Below, piece by piece: positions 1 through 8,407 of a stretch of DNA of 64,000 nucleotides. Each line of letters starts with the position of its first letter. Within the stretch, counting starts at the first letter, position 1. The DNA comes from Minisyncoccota bacterium (lineage in GTDB: Bacteria > Patescibacteriota > Minisyncoccia > Phycocordibacterales > DATDWN01), in the NCBI GenBank assembly GCA_036517395.1, contig DATDWN010000013.1, positions 2,191 through 66,190 of the forward strand, in the 5' to 3' direction. The notes beneath the pieces were generated by a model. It saw only the letters and a program-made list of their open reading frames with translations. It made no database searches and was not told the DNA's origin. The translations under genes and the position numbers were made by a program.

Positions 1-736
1 TGATGCCACAAAAGCAAGTCTGGATTCACTCAATCTAGGTTCGTACGTACTTACTCCATCAGGAAATTTAAATTATATTTTGAAAACTCGAGACATAACT
101 CCGGCCGAGAAAACCACTATTTTGGGGGCTCTTTCAATGGATCCGGCAAATCTCGCCAAGGAAGAACAGTTCAACACTCTCGGACCTGTTGTCGGAACAC
201 AGCTCAAAAATAAAGCTCTTCTGGCCATCGCTATAGTTATCATCTGCATCGTGCTTTTTATAACCTTTGCTTTTCGCAAAGTATCTACACCTGTGGCTTC
301 TTGGAAATATGGTCTGGCCACAATCATCGCTTTGGCTCATGACGTCATAATTCCAACCGGAGTTTTCGTCACTTGGAGTCATTTTTATGGAGGTCAGATT
401 GATCTGCTTTTCGTCACCGCCCTTCTTGCCATACTCGGTTACTCTGTTCACGATACTATCGTCGTTTTCGATAGAGTGCGCGAGAACTTACGAGTCGATT
501 CGAAAGGCAAAGAAACATTTTCTGAAACAGTAGGCAAGTCAGTTACCCAGACCTTCGGCCGTTCAATAAACACATCCTTGACCATCTTCCTCGCCCTTGC
601 CGCTTTGTATTTCATCGGCGGAGAATCCACCCGCGACTTTGCCTTCGTTCTCCTCGTTGGTGTTATTGTTGGAACATACTCATCAATCTTCGTCGCCTCA
701 CCGCTTCTTGTTACTCTTGAAAAATTACAGAAGTAA
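1..736 (+). CDS. secF: Protein translocase subunit SecF (5' end outside window)
   Basis: The frame is open from the window start. SecF motifs GYSVHDTIVVFDRVREN, RSINTSLT and GTYSSIFVASPLL are present, with several TM helices. Confidence 0.95.
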   Translation, partial: DATKASLDSLNLGSYVLTPSGNLNYILKTRDITPAEKTTILGALSMDPANLAKEEQFNTLGPVVGTQLKNKALLAIAIVIICIVLFITFAFRKVSTPVASWKYGLATIIALAHDVIIPTGVFVTWSHFYGGQIDLLFVTALLAILGYSVHDTIVVFDRVRENLRVDSKGKETFSETVGKSVTQTFGRSINTSLTIFLALAALYFIGGESTRDFAFVLLVGVIVGTYSSIFVASPLLVTLEKLQK

Positions 737-800
737 ACTTCCAAATTTGGCCATTTCTCATGTTGGATTTTATCTAAATTGTGAAAGTTTTTGAATTCAC

Positions 801-830
801 TTGACACTATATAGGGTATTGTGCTATAGT
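801..830 (+). promoter_or_regulatory. Sigma70-type promoter
   Basis: TTGACA at 801-806, an 18 bp spacer, and an extended -10 TGcTATAGT at 822-830. Confidence 0.6.
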
Positions 831-835
831 TAGAA

Positions 836-925
836 ACGGGACAGCATCCTCTGAGGGAACGGCGACGAACAGTAACAAACCCCGCCCGGGTGGGCCAAGA
901 GGCTCACCACCGCGGCGGGTTTTCT
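836..925 (+). ncRNA. Putative ~90 nt structured small RNA
   Basis: GC-rich stretch with no ORF directly after the promoter. It ends in a long imperfect hairpin (AAACCCCGCC...GGCGGGTTTT) and a T tract. Confidence 0.35.
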
Positions 926-943
926 TGTTGTAAAAATTTCTAC

Positions 944-974
944 TATCACTTGGCGGCTTAGCCGCCAAGTGATA
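944..974. repeat. REP-like palindrome flanking the RAYT gene
   Basis: TATCACTTGGCGGCT-T-AGCCGCCAAGTGATA. The same core occurs at 1416-1438 inside the transposase, with a variant at 1640-1676. Confidence 0.8.
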
Positions 975-984
975 TGATTTAGGT

Positions 985-1617
985 ATGAGAAAGATAGAAT
1001 TTGGGATTGATGAAGTTTATCATGTCTTTAACCGAGGAGTCGATAAGAGAAAAATTTTTTCAAACAAAAAAGATCTCGATAGGTTTTTTGAAAGCATGAT
1101 CGCTTTTAATTCAATCAAACCTATTGGTAGTTTATTTGAACAAGGTTTTCAAAAGGAAGAAATCAAAAAACCACTTGTTGATATTATTTCTTATAACCTC
1201 TTACCTAACCATTTTCATCTTATTTTAAGAGAAATCAGGGAGGGAGGAATAAGTGAATTTCTTAAAAGACTTACCGGTGGCTATACTTGGTATTTTAACA
1301 ATAAAAATAAAAGATCCGGTTCGTTGTTTCAGGGACCTTTTAAAGCTAAACATATAGATTCAAATGAGTATCTACTGCATGTTAGTGTTTATGTAAATTT
1401 AAATGACAAAATACCACTTGGCGGCTTAGCCGCCAAGTCGGGAGATTTAACAAAATCTAGTTGGAAAGAATATTTAGGCGATAATAAGGAAAGTGTTTGT
1501 AAGAAAGATATTATTTTAGAGCAGTTTAAAAACATAGCAGATTATAAAGAATTTGCCCTATCATCTTTAGATGATATAAAGTTAAACAAAGAAGAGTATA
1601 AAGATTTGGAGGAATGA
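985..1617 (+). mobile_element. REP-associated tyrosine transposase (RAYT, Y1 HUH family)
   Basis: Motifs YHVFNRG, HUH motif PNHFHLIL, LFQGPFKAKHI, YVNLN and SSWKEY; flanked by palindromes. Confidence 0.9.
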
Positions 1618-1639
1618 GCAGTTCACCAGACCACTCACA

Positions 1640-1676
1640 GTGACTCACTTAGCGGTGGCACCGCCAAGTGAGTCAC
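1640..1676. repeat. REP-like palindrome downstream of RAYT
   Basis: GTGACTCACTTAGCGGT-GGC-ACCGCCAAGTGAGTCAC. Confidence 0.8.
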
Positions 1677-1754
1677 ATAGTAGGAACCTACTCATTAATC
1701 TTCGTCGCTTCACCGCTTTTAGTAACACTTGAAAAATTGCAGAAGAAAGGCTAA
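1677..1754 (+). pseudogene. Displaced duplicate of the secF 3' end
   Basis: Translates IVGTYSLIFVASPLLVTLEKLQKKG*, against secF 665-736 IVGTYSSIFVASPLLVTLEKLQK*. Most differences are synonymous. Confidence 0.85.
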
Positions 1755-1790
1755 ACTCTCATTTAGAGTATTGTTCAGAAGAGGTGACTC

Positions 1791-1982
1791 ATGGTGATTC
1801 GATCGGACTCCGCCATTGACGAGATCGAAAAGGTCTTTAGATGGCGAATAGACGCACAAGAGCGCTGGTCAAGAGACGGTTGGGGTCCTCGAGGACAGCA
1901 CGAAATACAGAGGGAGCTGGACGCGGAAGGGTTCGAGAGGATTCGGAAGCTCCTTCGCCAGCACGGATCCCTACGGGTCTGA
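1791..1982 (+). CDS. Small GC-rich hypothetical protein (63 aa)
   Basis: The ORF matches a GC-rich patch, has GAGGTG 4 nt before the ATG, and is followed by a hairpin and T tract at ~2007-2029. Confidence 0.55.
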   Translation: MVIRSDSAIDEIEKVFRWRIDAQERWSRDGWGPRGQHEIQRELDAEGFERIRKLLRQHGSLRV

Positions 1983-2116
1983 TGACCCCTCGACGCAAGG
2001 CCAAGGAACCCTGCGTCGGTGGGTTTTTTGGTATAAAATTGTTGCTTGACTTGCATTTGAAAATGACTATACTGTACAGGTGCTCTGAAAGGAGCATTTT
2101 ATGTTCGTTGACATTC

Positions 2117-2251
2117 ATCCGCACACCAAGTTTGCCATTGCTTTTTATGTCCTGCCAACATGTTTACCTAGATGTGAATTATGGTAGTGATATTAAACAA
2201 TGGTGCTATTTTTTTGAAAAAGCAAGACGATGGCAAACTTGGTGTGCGGAT
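2117..2251. mobile_element. MITE-like inverted-repeat element, copy 1 (135 bp)
   Basis: Terminal IR ATCCGCACACCAAGTTTGCCAT / ATGGCAAACTTGGTGTGCGGAT. Confidence 0.75.
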
Positions 2252-2539
2252 AAAAATGAATTAAAGTCCAAGCGTCACAATAAGCGCTTGGCAGAACGTA
2301 TTTATTCCGCCTCAACGGCGGACCCGCCGAGGAGGCGGGGTGCAAGAAACCAAAAGTTTCTTAAATATGATTCCGGAAAAAATCAATAAAAACATATAAA
2401 AGAATTCATCTGTCACGCAAGCCAGCATAAAAATAAATTTGTAAATAACCACATTTTTTACTCCGACAAGTGAGGAGCGCATGGGAGAGTAATCTCTCAC
2501 ACAGCGTCCGAGCGCCGTCGAAGCAAAGAATGCGAATAG

Positions 2540-2564
2540 CATTCTTTATTTTGTTCCGTTCATT
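2540..2564. other. 16S precursor processing stem, 5' arm (pairs with 5579-5603)
   Basis: CATTCTTTATTTTGTTCCGTTCATT is the exact 25 nt reverse complement of 5579-5603, and the pair brackets the 16S gene. Confidence 0.8.
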
Positions 2565-2742
2565 ATAAGATTTGATCAATTTTTTATAAAGGGTCAGCAA
2601 AGCGAGTCTGAAAAATTTATTTTTCAGACGAGCGCGCGCCCCCTTTATATCAAAGATACCAATCTTTGATAAGAGTTTGATCCTAGCTCAGGATGAACGC
2701 TGGCGGTGTGGATAAGGCATGCAAGTCAAGGGGGCGCATCAC

Positions 2743-2880
2743 ATTGAGTACAATGTGAATTTAAAATTTTTACTTTAAAATTTAAAAATAATGACTAAAT
2801 GTTTTAATTTTAAAAATTAATTCATTAAAAATTAAGTTTAAATTCTAAATTCTAAATTAAAAATTCGCATCGCGCGCAGC
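2743..2880 (+). other. AT-rich insertion (intervening sequence) in 16S helix 6 / V1
   Basis: About 140 nt, mostly A/T, closed by GCGCATCAC (2734-2742) pairing with GTGATGCGT (2881-2889). Confidence 0.8.
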
Positions 2881-3273
2881 GTGATGCGTCACCGGCGAAC
2901 GAGGTAGTAACACGTGGGTACATACCCTGAAGTCAGGAATAACCAGTCGAAAGATTGGATAATACTTGATGTGATCTTCGGATCAAAGTCGCAAGACGCT
3001 TTAGGAATGGCCTGCGAAGTATCAGCTAGTTGGTAGTGTAATGGACTACCAAGGCTATGACGCTTAGGGGGAGTGAGAGCTTGGCCCCCACCGATGAGAC
3101 TGAGACACGGCTCATACACCTACGGGTGGCCGCAGCCGAGAATATTCGACAATGGACGAAAGTCTGATCGAGCGACACCGCGTGATGGATGAAGACCCTA
3201 GGGTCGTAAACATCTTTTATGAGGGAGAAAGTTTATTGATAGTACCTCACGAATAAGGGGTTTCAAAACTCGT

Positions 3274-4219
3274 GAAATGTGGGTTAAGCACCCACTTCCA
3301 TTTGAAACTTAAAAATTCGTAATTACCGTGCGCGACTTAGGGCCGTGAGGTTCTAAGCAAATTCGGCTTATATGCTGGAAATCTGTAAAGACTGCGCCAA
3401 ACACTTTTAAAAAAAGTGCGAGGTCCTTGACAGACAATCAGCAGGGAAGTCGGTATAATTAAGTAGTGAGTTTAACAAACAGACAAAAGGAAATAATAGT
3501 AGGCACTTTGTTGGGTGACGGATACTTGGAACATGATGGTTTCAAGGCGAGTAGATTGCAGATAAAGCAATGTGATCGCAAAAAAGATTATGTTTTTTGG
3601 CTCTATAACGAGCTGAAAAATTTAGTCAGAACTCCACTCAAACAAAGGAAAGATAACCAGCAATGGTATTTCAGCACCAGATCTCTAGTAGAGTTGGATT
3701 TTTTTAGAAGTCTTTTCTACGGATTTGGGAAAAAAGCTGTACCATCTATTATAAAAGAATTACCATTTTCTTCTCTTAGTCTTGCAGTCTGGTTTATGGA
3801 TGATGGGTCGTTGGATTATAGAGTAAAATACCATTACTCCTTTTCCTTCAGCACTGATTCATTCAATGAGCCAGATGTAAAACTTTTGACAGAATTATTA
3901 TTTGAAAAGTTTGATATAAAATCAAACATTCAGATGGTGGTTTCTCGAGGAAAGAAATATGTAAGACTGTATGTCGGTAAAGACGGAAGAGATAATTTTC
4001 TCTCTGTCGTAAGGCCTCATATTTTGTCCTGTTTTGATTACAAACTACCTCCGATTATAATTGACCCCTCAGAGACTGATCTTGAGAAAGTGAAGACTTT
4101 CAACACAGTGAGATAGAGAGATTTTTTTAAATCTTCTATAAGACGCCGAACCCCTTCCAAATGTAAATTTGTCAGGGTGATGATATAGTCCAATCCTCTT
4201 AGTGATAGGAGAAAAGAAG
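3274..4219 (+). mobile_element. Group I intron at 16S position equivalent to E. coli 516
   Basis: Splits ...CTCGT|GCCAGCAG. The 5' exon ends in U and the intron ends in G. Core-like motifs ATGCTGGAAA, AATCAGCAGG, CTCAGAGACT and GATATAGTCC are present. Confidence 0.9.
3466..4116 (+). CDS. Intron-encoded LAGLIDADG homing endonuclease (double motif)
   Basis: Motifs IIVGTLLGDG and LAVWFMDDG; the ORF lies inside the intron. Confidence 0.92.
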   Translation: MSLTNRQKEIIVGTLLGDGYLEHDGFKASRLQIKQCDRKKDYVFWLYNELKNLVRTPLKQRKDNQQWYFSTRSLVELDFFRSLFYGFGKKAVPSIIKELPFSSLSLAVWFMDDGSLDYRVKYHYSFSFSTDSFNEPDVKLLTELLFEKFDIKSNIQMVVSRGKKYVRLYVGKDGRDNFLSVVRPHILSCFDYKLPPIIIDPSETDLEKVKTFNTVR

Positions 4220-4865
4220 GCCAGCAGAAGCGGTAATACGAGTACCCCGAGCGTTATCCGGAATTATTGGGCGTAAAGGGTGTGTAGGTGGTAGTGTTAG
4301 TCATTTGTTAAAACCCGAGGCTTAACCTCGGATCCGCGAATGATACGGCACAACTAGAGGATGGCAGGGATGTATGGAACTCATGGAGTAGGGGTGAAAT
4401 CCGTTGATATCATGGGGAACACCGAAAGCGAAGGCATTACATTGGGCCACTCCTGACACTGAAACACGAAAGCGTGGGTAGCGAATGGGATTAGATACCC
4501 CAGTAGTCCACGCCCTAAACGATGACAACTAGCTTTTCGGAGTATCGACCCTCTGAGAGGCGTAGCTAACGCGTTAAGTTGTCCGCCTGGGTAGTACGAC
4601 CGCAAGGTTAAAACTCAAAGGAATAGACGGGGACTTGCACAAGCAGAGGATTATGTGGTTTAATTCGATGGCAAACGAAGAACCTTACCAAGATTTGAAA
4701 CCCAACTGAAGACAGAGAGAAATTTTTGTTGTCCCACAAGGACAGTTGGGCAGGTGATTCATGGCCGTCGTCAGTTCGTGATTTGAATTGTTCCCTTAAG
4801 TGGGGTAACGAACGCAACCCTCGTTGTCTGTTACACGTATCAGGCGAGACTGCCCAGCTTTTTGT

Positions 4866-4990
4866 CCGGTAGGACATAAAGCTGAATAAAGAATAACGAA
4901 TATTGAATAAAGAATGAATGCAGAATACAAACTGTATTAAATCATTATTCATAATTCACGATTCATTATTCTCTTTTTGTTCGCTAGCGA
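4866..4990 (+). other. Hairpin insertion in 16S helix 40 region (~E. coli 1167)
   Basis: Closed by CCCAGCTTTTTGT / ACAAAAAGCTGGG between GAGACTGCC and GAGGAAGG. It is built of GAATnnn heptamers and their complements. Confidence 0.8.
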
Positions 4991-5676
4991 ACAAAAAGCT
5001 GGGAGGAAGGCGAGGATGACGCCAGGTCAGCATGTCCCTTTGATATCTTGGGCTACACACATAATACAATGGCGACTACAACGCGTTGCGACGCCGTAAG
5101 GCTGAGCCAATCGTAATAAAAGTCGCCCCAGTTCAGATTGGGGGCTGAAACTCGACCCCATGAAGTTGGATTTGCTAGTAATCGCGGGTCAGCTATACCG
5201 CGGTGAATACGTTCTCAAGTCTTGTACTCACCGCCCGTCAACTCAGGGGAGTTGGGAGTACCCGAAGTCCTGCATATGCAGGCCCACGGTAAACTCAATG
5301 ACAAAGAGTAAGTCGTAACAAGGCACGGCTAGGGGAACCTGGTCGTGGAATAATTCAATTTGAAATACTTTTCGCTTTGCGAAAGGAAAGTCATATCAAT
5401 CGCAAGAAAGATATGAATGTGTGTCGATTCCAGCCCCAGTTCTGAAACTAAATCTATAATGTCACGGAGTTTATAGTAGGTATAAACTTTGATAACAAAA
5501 ATAATATTGGTATCAGAACTGGAGCTGGAGGACAATGATTGTCTCGTCCTAAAACAATCTGACACTTGGAAAGACAGGAATGAACGGAACAAAATAAAGA
5601 ATGATATACCATCGTGTGGGACACGATGAAGTTGAAAGTTAAAAGTCCATAAAGTTTGTAAAGTAAATGTAACCAC

Positions 5677-5706
5677 AAAAATACCGCTATAATAGGCGGT
5701 ATTTTT
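5677..5706 (+). terminator. Intrinsic terminator after the 16S transcript
   Basis: AAAAATACCGC-TATAATAG-GCGGTATTTTT hairpin. Confidence 0.7.
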
Positions 5707-5792
5707 GATGCCGAAGTCCTGTACTGAGCTTTGCTCTGGTGCGGGATTGACTTTATACTGGGAAGTGTTATATAATAATAGACGGAGGAAAC

Positions 5793-6062
5793 ATGAATCG
5801 ATTTCGACAAGAAACTGGCCAGTCGGTTCCAAGACTGGTCGTCGTTATCGTTGGACTCGTTCTGGTCTATCTGGCGCTCAGCGCGTCAGAAGGGCCAGGA
5901 CAGGATCCTGTGCCGACTGCTTTGCAGTTGGCGGTGGTTTTCCTGGGCGCCGATGTGGCGCTCATGGCGTGGTTTCGCCTCGATCAGCGCGTTGCGCGCT
6001 GGTGGCGGGGGATGACTCGACCGGACAACCCATATCGGTCGAAGATCATCACACCCAGATGA
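5793..6062 (+). CDS. Small GC-rich two-TM hypothetical protein
   Basis: Promoter TTGACT(5747)..TATAAT(5771), GGAGG 4 nt before the ATG, two hydrophobic helices, and a downstream hairpin with T tract at ~6086-6124. Confidence 0.65.
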   Translation: MNRFRQETGQSVPRLVVVIVGLVLVYLALSASEGPGQDPVPTALQLAVVFLGADVALMAWFRLDQRVARWWRGMTRPDNPYRSKIITPR

Positions 6063-6355
6063 CAGCGAGAACCGACGGTTTCAGGAGGGCGACACGCAGA
6101 CAGCCAATGCGTGCCGCCCTTTTTCATTTGTGAAAAATGATTTTTTCTGCTATATTTTTTTAGTTAAATGCGCATGTAGTGAGGTTGGGGTGGGACCCAG
6201 CCGCAAGATCGGAGCGTGACGGCGCGAGGTGGGGTCACAGGTATTTTTCACCAGAAAAATACCTGTGACCAGTTGGTAGAGCAGTCGACCGACTCCTTAC
6301 AGGAGCTGTACACCTTTTGGATCTTTTTCAGAAGAATAAAATTAATTTGCTTTGT

Positions 6356-6428
6356 GCGCGTGTAGCTCAGTTGGTAGAGCACTCGACTGATACTCGTGGG
6401 GTCCATGGTTCGAATCCATGCACGCGCA
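6356..6428 (+). tRNA. tRNA-Ile(GAU)
   Basis: Cloverleaf with acceptor GCGCGTG/CACGCGC, anticodon loop CT-GAT-AC and T arm CATGG-TTCGAAT-CCATG. Confidence 0.88.
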
Positions 6429-6497
6429 CAAAGCACGGTAGTCTATTCTTTTGAAAAAGATCTCGAAAGGTCTTGCGAAAGTGTCTCACACTTTCTC

Positions 6498-6535
6498 ACT
6501 CGTGGGGTCCATGGTTCGAATCCATGCACGCGCAC
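6498..6535 (+). repeat. Direct repeat of the tRNA-Ile 3' half (att-like)
   Basis: 38 bp identical to 6392-6429. Confidence 0.85.
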
Positions 6536-6572
6536 TTTGAGCAGAATTTGATATAATATAAAATAAAACATC

Positions 6573-6848
6573 ATGATAAATCGCAAATCCACATTTTTCC
6601 TTGGTATTTTTATTTTTCTCATACCTTTTTTGGGCTTACCTAGTTCTTGGAAAACAGCCTTGGTTGTTATTTGTGGTTTGATTCTAGTTTTCCTCTCGGT
6701 AAAAGTTATCCTACCAAGGAAAACTATCGCCAATAGAAGTAGGATGAAAAAAGAAAGATCAATACCCGTCTTTGTTGAAAGCTTGCCAACATATTCGATT
6801 GATAACTCGGAAACAAAAGAAACCCAGCCGGAGATAGAAATAAAATAG
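6573..6848 (+). CDS. Small membrane hypothetical protein
   Basis: Two N-terminal hydrophobic segments (IPFLGLPSSWK) and a charged tail. Confidence 0.7.
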   Translation: MINRKSTFFLGIFIFLIPFLGLPSSWKTALVVICGLILVFLSVKVILPRKTIANRSRMKKERSIPVFVESLPTYSIDNSETKETQPEIEIK

Positions 6849-6989
6849 CATGTCCGGTAGTAGAAGTTGACATTGCGCCAAAGGCGCATAAAACAGCAAA
6901 AATAATAGATATGATAAAGCTGAAATTAACAACTTATAAATTTGAAATGGCGTCTTGCTTCTAAAGCAATGCTGTTTTCTACTACTGGG

Positions 6990-8258
6990 ATGGTTAAACG
7001 CATTCTTAATAAACATGGCGACATAGTATTTCTATGTCTGGTTATTGTGTGTGTGGTACTGATTCTATTTTTGTTGCCAAGGATTCTCAGTAGTCACTAT
7101 TTTTCTACAGCGGATGAAAAGGCTGTCTCTACCACAACTGCTAAAAAAATTATTTTTATACCTTCCTATGTTTCTACGCCAGAGCCAGTCAAGGGTATAT
7201 ATATGACAAGTTGGGTGGCTGGCACTCCGAGTTTACGGGCAGGACTAGTAAAGCTTATAGACGAGACAGAATTAAACACCCTTGTTATAGATATAAAGGA
7301 TTATAGTGGCAAGATTGTTTTTCCAATCGAGGATAATCCGAAGTTGAAAGATCATGGTTCAGAGGAGGTTAGAGTAAAAGACTTACAGGATTTCATAGAG
7401 ACGCTTCACAAAAAGCAGGTTTATGTTATAGGTCGTATTGCTGTTTTCCAAGACGAATATTTTGTAAAGCATCGACCAGACTTGGCTGTAAAAAATAAAT
7501 CAGGGACGGCAGTCTGGAAAGACAGAAAAGGCATTTCTTGGATTGACCCAGCATCTCGTGAATATTGGGAGTATATCATCCTACTTACAAAAGAGTCTCG
7601 CAAAATCGGTTTTGATGAGATCAACTTTGACTATATTCGTTTTCCATCTGATGGAAATATGCAGGATATATCGTTTCCTCATAGCTCGACAACATCAAAG
7701 GCTATAGTTTTGAAAGAATTTTTTCAGTATTTACAGCACCAACTGATTCTCCCTATGTCCGACATAGGGGACATAGGGGACATAGGGGAGTCGAGATTAA
7801 AAATATCAGCGGATTTGTTTGGCATGACAACAACCGCTGTAGACGATATGGGCATAGGTCAGCTTTTAGAAAACACCTTGCCTTATTTTGACTATGTCAT
7901 GCCCATGGTTTATCCATCTCACTATCCGCCGACCTTTGACGGTTTCAAGGATCCTGAAGCGCATCCCTATGAGATAGTATACTTTGCCATGAAATCGGCT
8001 GTGACTAGGGCGGAAGCTCTGGCCAGTACGACCCCAGTAGTAGACGGAGATACCGTCACTACGGGGCAGGCTGGACAAAGCGTGGTTGATTATAAAAACA
8101 AGCTACGCCCATGGCTTCAGGATTTTGGTTTGAAAATGGATTATGGTCCTGCGGAAGTAAAAGCCCAGATAAAAGCAACGAACGATGTGGGTTTGTCGTC
8201 GTGGGTACTTTGGTCGGCTTCAAACAAATATACTCAATCTGCTTTGAAAGCAGATTAA
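6990..8258 (+). CDS. Membrane-anchored putative glycoside hydrolase (DUF4015-like TIM barrel)
   Basis: Motifs GIYMT, VIDIKD, GFDEINFDYIRFP, PMVYPSHY and RPWLQDF, plus an N-terminal TM. Start taken at the ATG of MVKR. Confidence 0.8.
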   Translation: MVKRILNKHGDIVFLCLVIVCVVLILFLLPRILSSHYFSTADEKAVSTTTAKKIIFIPSYVSTPEPVKGIYMTSWVAGTPSLRAGLVKLIDETELNTLVIDIKDYSGKIVFPIEDNPKLKDHGSEEVRVKDLQDFIETLHKKQVYVIGRIAVFQDEYFVKHRPDLAVKNKSGTAVWKDRKGISWIDPASREYWEYIILLTKESRKIGFDEINFDYIRFPSDGNMQDISFPHSSTTSKAIVLKEFFQYLQHQLILPMSDIGDIGDIGESRLKISADLFGMTTTAVDDMGIGQLLENTLPYFDYVMPMVYPSHYPPTFDGFKDPEAHPYEIVYFAMKSAVTRAEALASTTPVVDGDTVTTGQAGQSVVDYKNKLRPWLQDFGLKMDYGPAEVKAQIKATNDVGLSSWVLWSASNKYTQSALKAD

Positions 8259-8407
8259 TTTAGACTTTAGACTTTAAAATTTTTAAATTAAGTTTAAATT
8301 ATAAATTTTAAATTAAAAATTGAGAGTGTTGACAGAGCCACTTATCATTTAATTCATCTTGTTGTATAATACAAAGCGATTATTAATTAAAAGTTTATTC
8401 CATAATC

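Larger units (their letters stand above)
2665..5358 (+). rRNA. rrs: 16S rRNA gene with group I intron and two hairpin insertions (ends approximate)
   Basis: Conserved blocks AGAGTTTGATCCTAGCTCAG (2672-2691), CCTACGGGTGGCCGCAG, GGATTAGATACCC, AAACTCAAAGGAATAGACGG and AAGTCGTAACAAGG. Confidence 0.97.

Noticed and set aside
1841-2389. 182 aa ORF across the orphan gene, terminator and IR element
   Set aside because: It crosses a terminator, a promoter-like site and a repeat, and its composition is not protein-like.
2889-5832. ORFs overlapping the 16S gene and its trailer (2889-3119, 4322-4528, 4381-4605, 4608-4952, 5329-5832, 5454-5810)
   Set aside because: These are antisense shadows of rRNA or its structured trailer and have no protein motifs.
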